Below are positions 56,095 to 64,000 of a stretch of DNA of 64,000 nucleotides, in pieces; within the stretch, counting starts at the first letter, position 1; each line of letters begins with the position of its first letter. This DNA comes from Nitrososphaerota archaeon (lineage in GTDB: Archaea; Thermoproteota; Nitrososphaeria_A; Caldarchaeales; Calditenuaceae). Where the stretch lies: assembly GCA_041641295.1 (NCBI GenBank), contig JBEPYO010000001.1, positions 32,001 to 96,000 of the forward strand, given 5' to 3'. A program made the position numbers and the translations under genes. Below the pieces are notes generated by a model. The model ran no database searches. It worked only from the letters and a program-made list of their open reading frames with translations, and had not been told where the DNA came from.

Positions 56095-57045
56095 TCACGC
56101 AGCCCGCGCCCCTTTCTCTTTTAACACCTTGATAAGAGCTGGAATGAACTGGTATAAGTCAATGGGGACCGAGTAGTCCGCCTCCCTATGGATGGGCGCC
56201 GAGGTGTCATTATTCACTGCAACAATTATCCTCGAATTCCTGACCCCCACCATGTGTTGCACCTGCCCCGATATTCCTATTGCGATGTAGAGCTGGGGGC
56301 TAATCCACTTACCAGACAGACCTACATGCTTTTCCTCAGGCATCCAGCCCAAGTCGCTTGCTATCGGCCTGCTACACGCCAGCTCCGCGCCTAGAAGCTG
56401 GGCAAGATCCTCCGCCATCTTCAAGTCCTCCCGCCTCTTAAATCCGCGGCCGACAGAGACCACAACACGGGCCTTAGAGAGGTCGGCCCCTTTCCTCTCA
56501 ATCTTTTCAACTGAGACGCGCCTCAGCCTCAAATTCTCTATAGACGGCCTACTGAGCCTCACAGTCTCAAAGCTGCCGCCCTCCCTCGCTTGTGGCCGCC
56601 TTCCTGTCAACTGAATTGTCAGAAGTGCTGGAAACTTCTTAATGGCTACTCTCTCAACATAGCCTCCCCCGAGGAATGGTCTCTCAACTACGAGCCTCCC
56701 ATCATTAAACTCTAGATTGGTGCAGTCCGTCAGGCATGGTGATGAAAGGTTCTGGGCTGTTCTCGCGAAGAGCTCTCTATAGATCTTCTTAGATGGTCCG
56801 ATAACTAGTCCCGGCTCACTATTTCTCACTAGGTCGATAACAATTTTTTCAAGTCCCTCGGGTGGAATCTCGTCAAAACCCTCTAGCAGATAGGCTCGCT
56901 TCAAACCAAGCGATGCGAGAGACTCCCCGTCAATCACGGCCTCTGGGATAAGCGCCTCCACGACCGAAGCTCCAATCTGGTCTGCGACAGCCCTCATCTC
57001 CAGTAGCTCGTCAAGCTCACCTGCCAAAATCAACACAGAAATCAA
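56095..57045 (-). CDS. etfA: Electron transfer flavoprotein alpha subunit
   Basis: VVSVGRG, ACSRP, VGLSG, YIAIGISGQVQHMVG, AVNND..API. Confidence 0.93.
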   Translation of the reverse strand: MISVLILAGELDELLEMRAVADQIGASVVEALIPEAVIDGESLASLGLKRAYLLEGFDEIPPEGLEKIVIDLVRNSEPGLVIGPSKKIYRELFARTAQNLSSPCLTDCTNLEFNDGRLVVERPFLGGGYVERVAIKKFPALLTIQLTGRRPQAREGGSFETVRLSRPSIENLRLRRVSVEKIERKGADLSKARVVVSVGRGFKRREDLKMAEDLAQLLGAELACSRPIASDLGWMPEEKHVGLSGKWISPQLYIAIGISGQVQHMVGVRNSRIIVAVNNDTSAPIHREADYSVPIDLYQFIPALIKVLKEKGARAA

Positions 57046-57824
57046 ACCCTAAGCACCCCCTCCCGAACCAGACTCTCCACAAGCCTCTCAGCACACTCGA
57101 GAGGATCACCCTCCAACACAATGTTTCTGCGCGCAGTCTTCAAAGCCCGGACCGAGAGCCTCTCGACAAGCGGCTCCACAAGATCCCTTTCTAGTCCCAG
57201 CTCTGAGAGGTCAACCCGCGTTATCGGCTTCTTAGACGCGGCCCTTATCATGAGTAGGCTTGGAAGCCTCGGAGAAGCCAGCTCTAGGCTGGCTGTTATT
57301 ATTAGCGGCAGCTCAGACTCGAGGGTCTCTGTCCTATCCTCTAGGCTGCGTCTTACCCGTACTATGTTCCCACTCAACTCGACGCTGACTGCATGTGTTA
57401 TGCATGGTATTCCCATCGCCTCTGAGAGTCTGGGGCCGAGCTGGTAGTTCCCAGCGTCTGAGGATGCCTCACCGCAAAAGAGTATGTCCGCCCCTCCCGC
57501 CTTTTTTGAGAGCCTTGAGAGGACGTTTGCAGTAACCCATGCATCGGCCATAGAGAGCCTAGGATCGCTGACGTAGAAACACCTATCAGCACCCATGGCG
57601 AGGGCTTCGCGGAGGACAAGCTCGTTCACGGCGTCGCCGGCCGAGAGTACTACCACTTCACCGCCCCAGCCCTCCTTAATCCTTAGGGCAGCCTCTAATG
57701 CAACTAAGTCCGCCTCACCCAGCCTGAGTGTGGCCTTCTCAAGCCTCGGAGCCAGCGTAGAGGGGTCATATTCTAAGGTTGAGATGTCGGGAACCTGCTT
57801 TACAAATACGTGAATAACCGGCAA
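57042..57824 (-). CDS. etfB: Electron transfer flavoprotein beta subunit
   Basis: VKQVPD, ALEAALR, ALAMGAD, GEASSD, PRLPS. Confidence 0.93.
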   Translation of the reverse strand: MPVIHVFVKQVPDISTLEYDPSTLAPRLEKATLRLGEADLVALEAALRIKEGWGGEVVVLSAGDAVNELVLREALAMGADRCFYVSDPRLSMADAWVTANVLSRLSKKAGGADILFCGEASSDAGNYQLGPRLSEAMGIPCITHAVSVELSGNIVRVRRSLEDRTETLESELPLIITASLELASPRLPSLLMIRAASKKPITRVDLSELGLERDLVEPLVERLSVRALKTARRNIVLEGDPLECAERLVESLVREGVLRV

Positions 57825-57959
57825 GTCTCGGTCTCAGAAAATCACCCGCCCATCCCATTATTTATAGTGGTGGACTCTACTTGGGCGCCTCAAGGGGTTT
57901 GATGACCCATTGTTGTAGGCCCCTGAGAAATAAATATTGGGAGAGGACAGGTCATTCCA

Positions 57960-58448
57960 ATGAACCTCTCTAGGCTGCCGCAAGAGGTTGAGGCTGTTTT
58001 AGAGGGAGCGCTCGTCGCGATTTTAACCGTCATTAACGAGAGGAATGAGCCTGTCTCACATCCCATGCTACCACTATATGACCGCGAGAAAGGCGTGCTC
58101 TACTTCACCTCGAGCATTCTGTTCAGCAAGAAGCTCGAACACATCAAGAAAAACCCGCGAGTCTCTGTACTAATATCTCAGCGTGAATATGTGAAGTCTG
58201 AGCAATACCACGCTGTCGAGATTAAAGGTGATGCAAGGGTACTAGACCGAGACTTAAGCCGTGAGTGGCAGAGGCTATTACCCCTTTGGAGGAAGAAAGA
58301 GCCTTATATCGACGCATACGTTAAGCAGAGGTTTGCCCTGCCCCTCTTCTGGGAGAGGGCCATCATAGAGGTTCAGCCGAGAAAAGTAAGGGTCTGGCGC
58401 GACGGCGACCTAGAGAGGGAGCCCGAACATTATAGCCTTGGTGGGTAG
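57960..58448 (+). CDS. Pyridoxamine 5'-phosphate oxidase-like split-barrel protein (flavin/F420-binding family)
   Basis: AILTVI..PVSHP..LYFTS..KKLEHIKKNPRVSVLI..VEIKGDA..IIEVQP. Confidence 0.8.
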   Translation: MNLSRLPQEVEAVLEGALVAILTVINERNEPVSHPMLPLYDREKGVLYFTSSILFSKKLEHIKKNPRVSVLISQREYVKSEQYHAVEIKGDARVLDRDLSREWQRLLPLWRKKEPYIDAYVKQRFALPLFWERAIIEVQPRKVRVWRDGDLEREPEHYSLGG

Positions 58449-58450
58449 GG

Positions 58451-59770
58451 ATGATCCAGATCGACGATTTGAGGAAGTTTGAGCAGGTTGCGATGGCTTT
58501 CATCGACGAAGACGGATACCCCTCGACGATACCTCTGGTCACCAGTAGACTGGACGGGGACGTTAAGCTTAAGCTGCCAAGAGGCATAGAGGGTGGCAAG
58601 GTTGAGGGCAAAAAGGTCAATCTCATATTAAATCACATTACGCCACTTCCCGCGGGCGGATATACAGACCGGCGGTACATAGTCTTCAGAGGCCTATCCC
58701 GAGTGAGGGACGACACCCTCAGTGTAGAGATGGAGAAAGTCTATACCTGGGACGAGAGAACGACACCATTTCCAGAATATGTTGAGGTCTCGACATCGAG
58801 GGCTAGGCGATATCTTGAGGGGATCGGGAAGAGGCTTGGAGAAACTTTTAGACCAAGCATAGGTGCCTTCTGGAGCTTTTTCAGGACGGTGCGGCTACCA
58901 TTCCTAATTGCGACGGCTGTACCGGTCGCGATTGGAGCGGGTGCTGCATTTTATAGAGGGTTCTTCGACCCGATACTCCTACTCCTAACGCTCCTGGGCC
59001 TCTCATGCATACATTTGGCACTGAATGTGGCAAACGATTATTTCGATACTATCTTGGGCGCCGACACAGCCAACAGGAGACCCACACCATTCAGCGGAGG
59101 GTCAAGAGCGATAATATACGGCATCGTCAACATGCAGGAGGCTAGATTGATCTATACATCCCTTTTCGTAGGTGGTGTGGTTACAGGCGCATATTTGGCG
59201 GTCACTAGAGGCTTGTTAGAGATTGCAATACTCACCGGTCTCGGATTGTTTCTCTCATACTTCTATACTGCGCCACCGCTTAAGCTGGCCTATAGGGGGC
59301 TTGGTGAAGTTGCAGTATTCCTCGGCTTCGGCCCAATAATCGTCCTTGGAACATATTTCGTCCAGACCCAGAGCATAGGCCTAGATGCTGTAGCCGCCTC
59401 GATACCTATAGGCCTCTTGATTATGCTGATACTCTACGTTAACGAGATACCGGACGCGCCATATGACAGGGAGGCGGGGAAGATGACCCTCCTTACAAGG
59501 TTCACGAAGGCGCAGGCATTATTCTTTCTCGCCGCCTCGTTCACAGCCACGTATCTAAGCATCTCCCTGATACCCCTACTCAATTTAGGGCCAGCATCCG
59601 TGATGATAGCTCTTGCCGGAGCCCCTCTCGCCTATCGCGTCTATAGGGGTGTTAAACAGAACTACGGCGACCCCTACCGGATGATTGGTGTCATGTCTCT
59701 AAACGTGAAGACCGCTGCGATAACAGGTTCTCTCCTAGCAGCAGGCTACTTTATCGGTGCAGCCCTATAA
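58451..59770 (+). CDS. MenA-like (UbiA superfamily) prenyltransferase with ~140-aa N-terminal soluble extension
   Basis: RLPFL, NVANDYFD..GAD, FSGGS, YTAPPLKLAYRGLGE, NEIPD..DREAGKMTL; N-terminal AFIDEDGYP domain. Confidence 0.85.
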   Translation: MIQIDDLRKFEQVAMAFIDEDGYPSTIPLVTSRLDGDVKLKLPRGIEGGKVEGKKVNLILNHITPLPAGGYTDRRYIVFRGLSRVRDDTLSVEMEKVYTWDERTTPFPEYVEVSTSRARRYLEGIGKRLGETFRPSIGAFWSFFRTVRLPFLIATAVPVAIGAGAAFYRGFFDPILLLLTLLGLSCIHLALNVANDYFDTILGADTANRRPTPFSGGSRAIIYGIVNMQEARLIYTSLFVGGVVTGAYLAVTRGLLEIAILTGLGLFLSYFYTAPPLKLAYRGLGEVAVFLGFGPIIVLGTYFVQTQSIGLDAVAASIPIGLLIMLILYVNEIPDAPYDREAGKMTLLTRFTKAQALFFLAASFTATYLSISLIPLLNLGPASVMIALAGAPLAYRVYRGVKQNYGDPYRMIGVMSLNVKTAAITGSLLAAGYFIGAAL

Positions 59771-61195
59771 CCCGCGACTATTTCGCCGCTGCATCTCTAC
59801 CACCCTAAGGTCAGGCCACTTAATTCTGAGGGCAAGTGGAATGTTAATGATTGATAGGGCCCATGCGATGCCGAAGGAAATAATGCTGGGGTAATAAATC
59901 GTCTCAAGGGAGCCGAGTGCTATGGGAGCGTTGGCGAAGGGGGCCCACATGGTCTGTGAGCCGAGAGATCCGCCGAAGCTTCTGAAGAAGGTCAGAATAG
60001 AGGTTAGAAAGCCAAGCTCTGCTGAGGTGGCTAAAGTCTGAATCGTGATCAATGTCGTGGGGACGGTTAAGCCCATGGAGGTGCCCACCATTATGAGCGG
60101 CGGTATCAGGAGCCAATAGCTCGGGGCAAGAATGTTTGTAGCTATTAGGAGCGTGAGCGCTGCAAGAAAAAGGCCGACTCCTGTCTTGATCATGGGGCCT
60201 GGCCCATACTTGACTATGAGGCGTGAAGAAATGTTTGCAGCGAGAACCCATCCTAGGGTTGTGGGGGCCATAAGTAGACCAGCCGCTGTAGGGGGTAAAC
60301 CATAGAACCATTGAAGAATAGGGGGTATTACGGTTACTGTGCCGAAGAATGAGAAGCCTATCACTCCATTGATTGCGAACAATGTGAAATTCAGTCTGTC
60401 TGATAAGAGTCTGAACGGTATGAAAGGTGTTCTCTCCGCCCTTTCAACGCGTATGAAGAGGGGGGTAGCGATAAGAGCTACAATTGCTGTAAGCGATACT
60501 GCCTGCCAGCCGAGTAGTGGGGCGTCGATTAGCAGGAGGAGGCAGGTCGCGATTATTGTAAATAGTATGAACCCTTTTGTGTCGAGGCTTCTGTCCCTCT
60601 GCCTTGACCCCAGCCCCTTTAGGCTCTTCATCCCCATTACAAGGGCAACCAGCGCGGGCGGGATGTTAATGAGATAGACCCAACGCCACCCAAGCGCGTC
60701 TACTATCATCCCACCCATCGGCGGGCCGAGAATGCTACCAACAGCCCAGACAGTTGAAGTATATCCTGTTACACGTCCCCTTTCCTCAAGCGTGAACAGG
60801 TCCCCAATAATGGTGAACGTTAAGGCGAATATAGCCCCCGACCCTATACCCTGCAATAGTCTGAAAAGCACGAGCGTCTCCATGCTCCACGATATCCCAC
60901 ACAGGAGAGAGGCAACTAGGAAAACCACTAGGCCGGTGTTATAGATCAGCCGCCTCCCATACAGGTCTGATAGCCTGCCCCAAACCGGTATCGAGATTGT
61001 AGACGAGAAGATGAAGATCGTGATAGGCCAGTTGTAGAGTGCTTGGCCTCCGAGCTCGAGGACAGCCCGGGGCATCGCGATGGGAACGATAGTACCCTCT
61101 AATGAGGCCATGAATAGGCCCGTGATAAGACCAATCAGAATGCGCCACTTATTTAGGGGGCCATCAGCCACGCAATTTGAGGCAGTTATAGCCAA
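59765..61195 (-). CDS. MFS drug/metabolite transporter (EmrB/QacA, DHA2-like)
   Basis: GRLSDLYGRR, RLLQGIG, GPPMGG, WRWVYLINIP; about 14 TM helices. Confidence 0.9.
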   Translation of the reverse strand: MAITASNCVADGPLNKWRILIGLITGLFMASLEGTIVPIAMPRAVLELGGQALYNWPITIFIFSSTISIPVWGRLSDLYGRRLIYNTGLVVFLVASLLCGISWSMETLVLFRLLQGIGSGAIFALTFTIIGDLFTLEERGRVTGYTSTVWAVGSILGPPMGGMIVDALGWRWVYLINIPPALVALVMGMKSLKGLGSRQRDRSLDTKGFILFTIIATCLLLLIDAPLLGWQAVSLTAIVALIATPLFIRVERAERTPFIPFRLLSDRLNFTLFAINGVIGFSFFGTVTVIPPILQWFYGLPPTAAGLLMAPTTLGWVLAANISSRLIVKYGPGPMIKTGVGLFLAALTLLIATNILAPSYWLLIPPLIMVGTSMGLTVPTTLITIQTLATSAELGFLTSILTFFRSFGGSLGSQTMWAPFANAPIALGSLETIYYPSIISFGIAWALSIINIPLALRIKWPDLRVVEMQRRNSRGL

Positions 61196-61223
61196 TTTAA
61201 ACGTTATGTGTGAGAAGAGGAGT

Positions 61224-62123
61224 CTATCCTTTCCAGAGGGAGATTATATTGAGTAGTGCTAAGACAGAGTAGACTGCCTCCTCTGTCCTCACACTTCTTA
61301 CACCTTGATATGGTATAAAATTCACACAGATGTCAAATATCTCCTCCAGTCTGGAGTTTTGAAGCTCAGCAATCTCTGCTAATCCTCGCTTATAGGAGCC
61401 GAAAGCCACACATACCGGGCCTCTAACCGTCTTAAGTGCCTTGCTGAGCCTATCCCAAACCTCTACTACAGGCTCACCATCCCTGTCAGTTGCGATCGAG
61501 TATCTATAATTCTTGACTATCTCTTTTAGCGTTCCCTTGTGGGTTGAGATTTTTGTCCCGAGGTAGTAGGGGAGCTCGTCGCGGCGCTTTATCTTGAACC
61601 TTATCTTCTTTCCATGCGACTTGACCAGCAGCAGTACCCTAGACCCGTGCCTTCTCGGCGCTTCTAAGACGATGGGCTTCTTTAGACCCGCGTGCAGTAT
61701 AGTTAATTCTCCCCTCCTCTCAAATAGGCCTTCTCTGAGCTCCCATGCATCGCTGGGTGGGATGGGTGATGGAGGGTGCGTGGGGATGTTGAGTGGTGGT
61801 AATAGCCCAGCATATCTCAGCTCAGGTCTAAGTCTGAAAAGCTTTTTTCTAAGGTAGGGCGGTGTTGATAGATATTCACATATTAGTTTTATCAGCTCCG
61901 AGTTTTTGCTGGGCTTTTCAGGCTCCTCCTCGTAGATAATCATTTGGCTTACCCTGAATATTGTCATCGCCCTGAAGAGGAACCCTATACGCATCGTCTT
62001 CTCTCGAAGATGTGCCGCATCCTCGGCGTAGGTGCTGGGTATCAGGACATGTATCTCAGGGACCGCAGCTGGCGGGGCCCTGACGCTAAATGTCGAGGAC
62101 GAATCTGACGAACGCCCTTCCAT
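61224..62123 (-). CDS. SPOUT-class RNA methyltransferase (DUF171/Methyltrn_RNA_3-like)
   Basis: YLSTPPYLRK, YAGLLPPL..P.H, FGS..GL, NFIPYQGVRSVRTEEA; true start uncertain. Confidence 0.85.
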   Translation of the reverse strand: MEGRSSDSSSTFSVRAPPAAVPEIHVLIPSTYAEDAAHLREKTMRIGFLFRAMTIFRVSQMIIYEEEPEKPSKNSELIKLICEYLSTPPYLRKKLFRLRPELRYAGLLPPLNIPTHPPSPIPPSDAWELREGLFERRGELTILHAGLKKPIVLEAPRRHGSRVLLLVKSHGKKIRFKIKRRDELPYYLGTKISTHKGTLKEIVKNYRYSIATDRDGEPVVEVWDRLSKALKTVRGPVCVAFGSYKRGLAEIAELQNSRLEEIFDICVNFIPYQGVRSVRTEEAVYSVLALLNIISLWKG

Positions 62124-62526
62124 CCTCCTTCTTCACCTCCATCAGCCAGTATGTCGGCGACTTCACATGGGTCCCAGGCCTGTGCCTACCCTCATCATAC
62201 TGCTCACCCCAAACCTCTCCCCTCACCTTAAAGACATCCGATTCGACCAGCTCTTCCACCCTAACCTTACAGCCTACAAACCGGTCAATCTCAAAGAGGA
62301 GAAGTAGCTTCTCAAGCCACTCGTAGAGGAGGGATAGGTGGTCGTACCCCTCAGCCTCTACAACTCTCTTTGATGCGGGTGATATCGACTCGAGATTGCT
62401 CACTAGGGTCTCGAATAATGCCATTCCAGCCTCTTCAAACGCCTCCTTCAAATCCGAGCCAAATGCCTCGACGTATATGTCGCTGGTATGCTCGAGGAAG
62501 CGCCTACCCCTCATACCACTAGCCAA
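62086..62526 (-). CDS. Archease (tRNA ligase cofactor)
   Basis: FLEHTSD, AFEEAG.ALF, VKSPTY, VLDI terminus. Confidence 0.92.
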   Translation of the reverse strand: MASGMRGRRFLEHTSDIYVEAFGSDLKEAFEEAGMALFETLVSNLESISPASKRVVEAEGYDHLSLLYEWLEKLLLLFEIDRFVGCKVRVEELVESDVFKVRGEVWGEQYDEGRHRPGTHVKSPTYWLMEVKKEDGRAFVRFVLDI

Positions 62527-62574
62527 GTCTCCCCGCCCAGAGATAAATCAGGCCCTCGCCGCGGATAAATCTTA

Positions 62575-63576
62575 ATGATAGCTGGGAAGATGTTACACAG
62601 GTTGGTCAAGAGGGTCTCGGTTCGAGTTCCATCAAGCACGGCTAATCTAGGTCCAGGCTTCGACGCCTTCTCCATGGCTCTCGAGGAGCCACATTTGGAA
62701 CTTGTGGTGGAGAGGGTTGAGGGGGGAGAGGGTGTAGTGGTTGATGTTTATGGCCCCTATCGCCACCGCGTCCCCACCGACCCACACCGAAACGCGGCGG
62801 CAAAAGTTCTCCTTAAGCTGGCCGAGAAGAGCGGCGGCACACAGGGTTTGAGAGTTGTTATAGACGCTTCGATTCCGGTGGCTAAGGGTCTCGGGTCCTC
62901 GGGAGCTGAGGCGGCAGGCGCAGTTGTGGCGGGTGAGCGAATTCTCGAAATGGTTCTTAACGAAGAGGAGAGGATTAGGATTGCGGCTTCAGCCGAGCCC
63001 GGGTCGCATGCCGACAACGTGATAGCATCCCTCCTCGGAGGGTTCAACATAATTGACAACTCTCCCGCAGGGCTGACCTACCTTAACATCAAGCCCCCAG
63101 ACTACATCGGATTGGTTATACTGGTCCCAGTCGTTGAGAAGAAGTCTACCGACGAGGCGCGCAAAATCCTCACAAGTCCTCCAACCCTGACAGAATATTC
63201 ACAAGCCCTCTCGAGGTCATCCCTCATCTCAGCAGCACTGGCATTGGGCAGGATGGACCTACTCTTGAAACTTATTCCGTTTGACCCCTTCATCGAGAAG
63301 GTCAGAGCTAACGCCGGCCTATACGGCCCTGGATACAGGTGGGAACACCTACTCGAAGAGAAAAAGAAATTACTGAGCGAATATGGCGTCGCCCTTTGTA
63401 TCAGCGGCTCGGGGCCCTCACGACTCTTAATTTACGACGTGCGAAGAGGAGTAGAGAAGATTGAGCGTGCAGTCGAGTACCTCTCTGAGCGTATTGAAAG
63501 ATTGGCTGGAGGCCTCGAGAAAGTTATATACACGAGGCCTACAACCCAAGGTGCAAAGATCATTGAGGAGCATTAG
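62575..63576 (+). CDS. thrB: Homoserine kinase
   Basis: VPSSTANLGPGFD, IPVAKGLGSSGA, HADNV, ISGSGPS. Confidence 0.9.
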   Translation: MIAGKMLHRLVKRVSVRVPSSTANLGPGFDAFSMALEEPHLELVVERVEGGEGVVVDVYGPYRHRVPTDPHRNAAAKVLLKLAEKSGGTQGLRVVIDASIPVAKGLGSSGAEAAGAVVAGERILEMVLNEEERIRIAASAEPGSHADNVIASLLGGFNIIDNSPAGLTYLNIKPPDYIGLVILVPVVEKKSTDEARKILTSPPTLTEYSQALSRSSLISAALALGRMDLLLKLIPFDPFIEKVRANAGLYGPGYRWEHLLEEKKKLLSEYGVALCISGSGPSRLLIYDVRRGVEKIERAVEYLSERIERLAGGLEKVIYTRPTTQGAKIIEEH

Positions 63577-63733
63577 GCTTAACCCCGCGAACAATGTATC
63601 CACTCTTACCTCCGGGTAGGATAATTAAGACGTCCCCACACCTCTTACACCTGAAATACAGATTCTCACCCCCCTCCGTCCTCTGGCCGCCCAAGAACTC
63701 GAGATCTTCATGCCTACACTTCTCATCCCCCAA
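63560..63733 (-). CDS. Small putative zinc-ribbon protein (57 aa), below the ORF-track cutoff
   Basis: TTG after GGGAGGGAGG; MGDEKCRHEDLEFLGGQRTEGGENLYFRCKRCGDVLIILPGGKSGYIVRGVKPNAPQ with CxH..CxxC. Confidence 0.55.
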   Translation of the reverse strand: MGDEKCRHEDLEFLGGQRTEGGENLYFRCKRCGDVLIILPGGKSGYIVRGVKPNAPQ

Positions 63734-63804
63734 TACCCTCCCCTCCCACTAACTATTCAGCACACATAAATTAATATGGGGATCTTCTGGATGAGTTGGT
63801 TGAA

Positions 63805-63896
63805 GGGGCCGTGGTCTAGCATGGCTATGACGCCAGCCTGGGGAACTACACGGTCCTGAGCGCTGGAGGACGTGGGTTCAAATCCCACCGGCCCCA
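63805..63896 (+). tRNA. tRNA-Pro(GGG) with 17-nt intron at position 37/38
   Basis: Acceptor GGGGCCG/CGGCCCC, anticodon stem CCAGC/GCTGG, loop CT-GGG-G, intron 63844-63860, T arm GTGGG-TTCAAAT-CCCAC; TATA-like TTAATA upstream. Confidence 0.9.
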
Positions 63897-64000
63897 CCCC
63901 CAGAAAACTTGGACAGGCCGCGCAAAAGATTTGTAGCTGAGGGCGCGTGAATAAATATTTATTTGAAGTGTGGGATAGAATTTTGAAAGTAATGAGCAGC

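Noticed and set aside
423-63293. Many 60-200 aa ORFs antisense to or nested in recognised genes (e.g. 2376-2798, 9996-10541, 13847-14401, 19075-19659, 19872-20465, 51971-52594)
   Set aside because: They overlap well-supported genes, are Ser/Pro/Arg-rich shadows of the coding strand, and show no motifs
1-64000. CRISPR array, rRNA genes, Sec/Pyl read-through
   Set aside because: No periodic repeats or rRNA-like tracts were seen, and no recognised gene is interrupted by an in-frame TGA/TAG

Overview
Gene-dense window from an archaeal chromosome. L7Ae/S28e/L24e, archaeal pantoate kinase and phosphopantothenate synthetase, DGGGP synthase, a tRNA-splicing endonuclease subunit, archease and an intron-containing tRNA-Pro establish this. 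A thermophilic TACK lineage such as Aigarchaeota/Caldarchaeales is my inference, not proven. The first ~18.8 kb looks accessory and is centred on metals and redox: a truncated merA-like gene, OsmC plus a MetE-like enzyme, and a five-gene operon of Tat-exported 4Fe-4S protein, ActC/NrfD-like quinol-interacting membrane protein and two CuA-like cupredoxins, with no molybdoenzyme or cytochrome c. It also holds an HTH-RDD regulator and an expanded CopR/CopA copper cluster with a repeated palindromic operator. The remainder is mostly housekeeping: F420 genes, Rieske/cytochrome b, LeuRS, thiL, CoA precursor genes, carAB, ndk, r-proteins, TyrRS, class II RNR, PheRS, pheA, etfBA, thrB and tRNA-Pro. 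Best candidates for undescribed systems are (1) the heme-free, copper-substituted alternative-complex-III-like module, (2) a split-barrel flavoprotein paired with a split-barrel-MenA prenyltransferase fusion, and (3) a stand-alone FbiB-C-terminal/FbiE-like reductase coupled to cofD in an archaeon. All calls come from motif recognition by eye; no searches were run. No CRISPR array, rRNA or transposase was seen.
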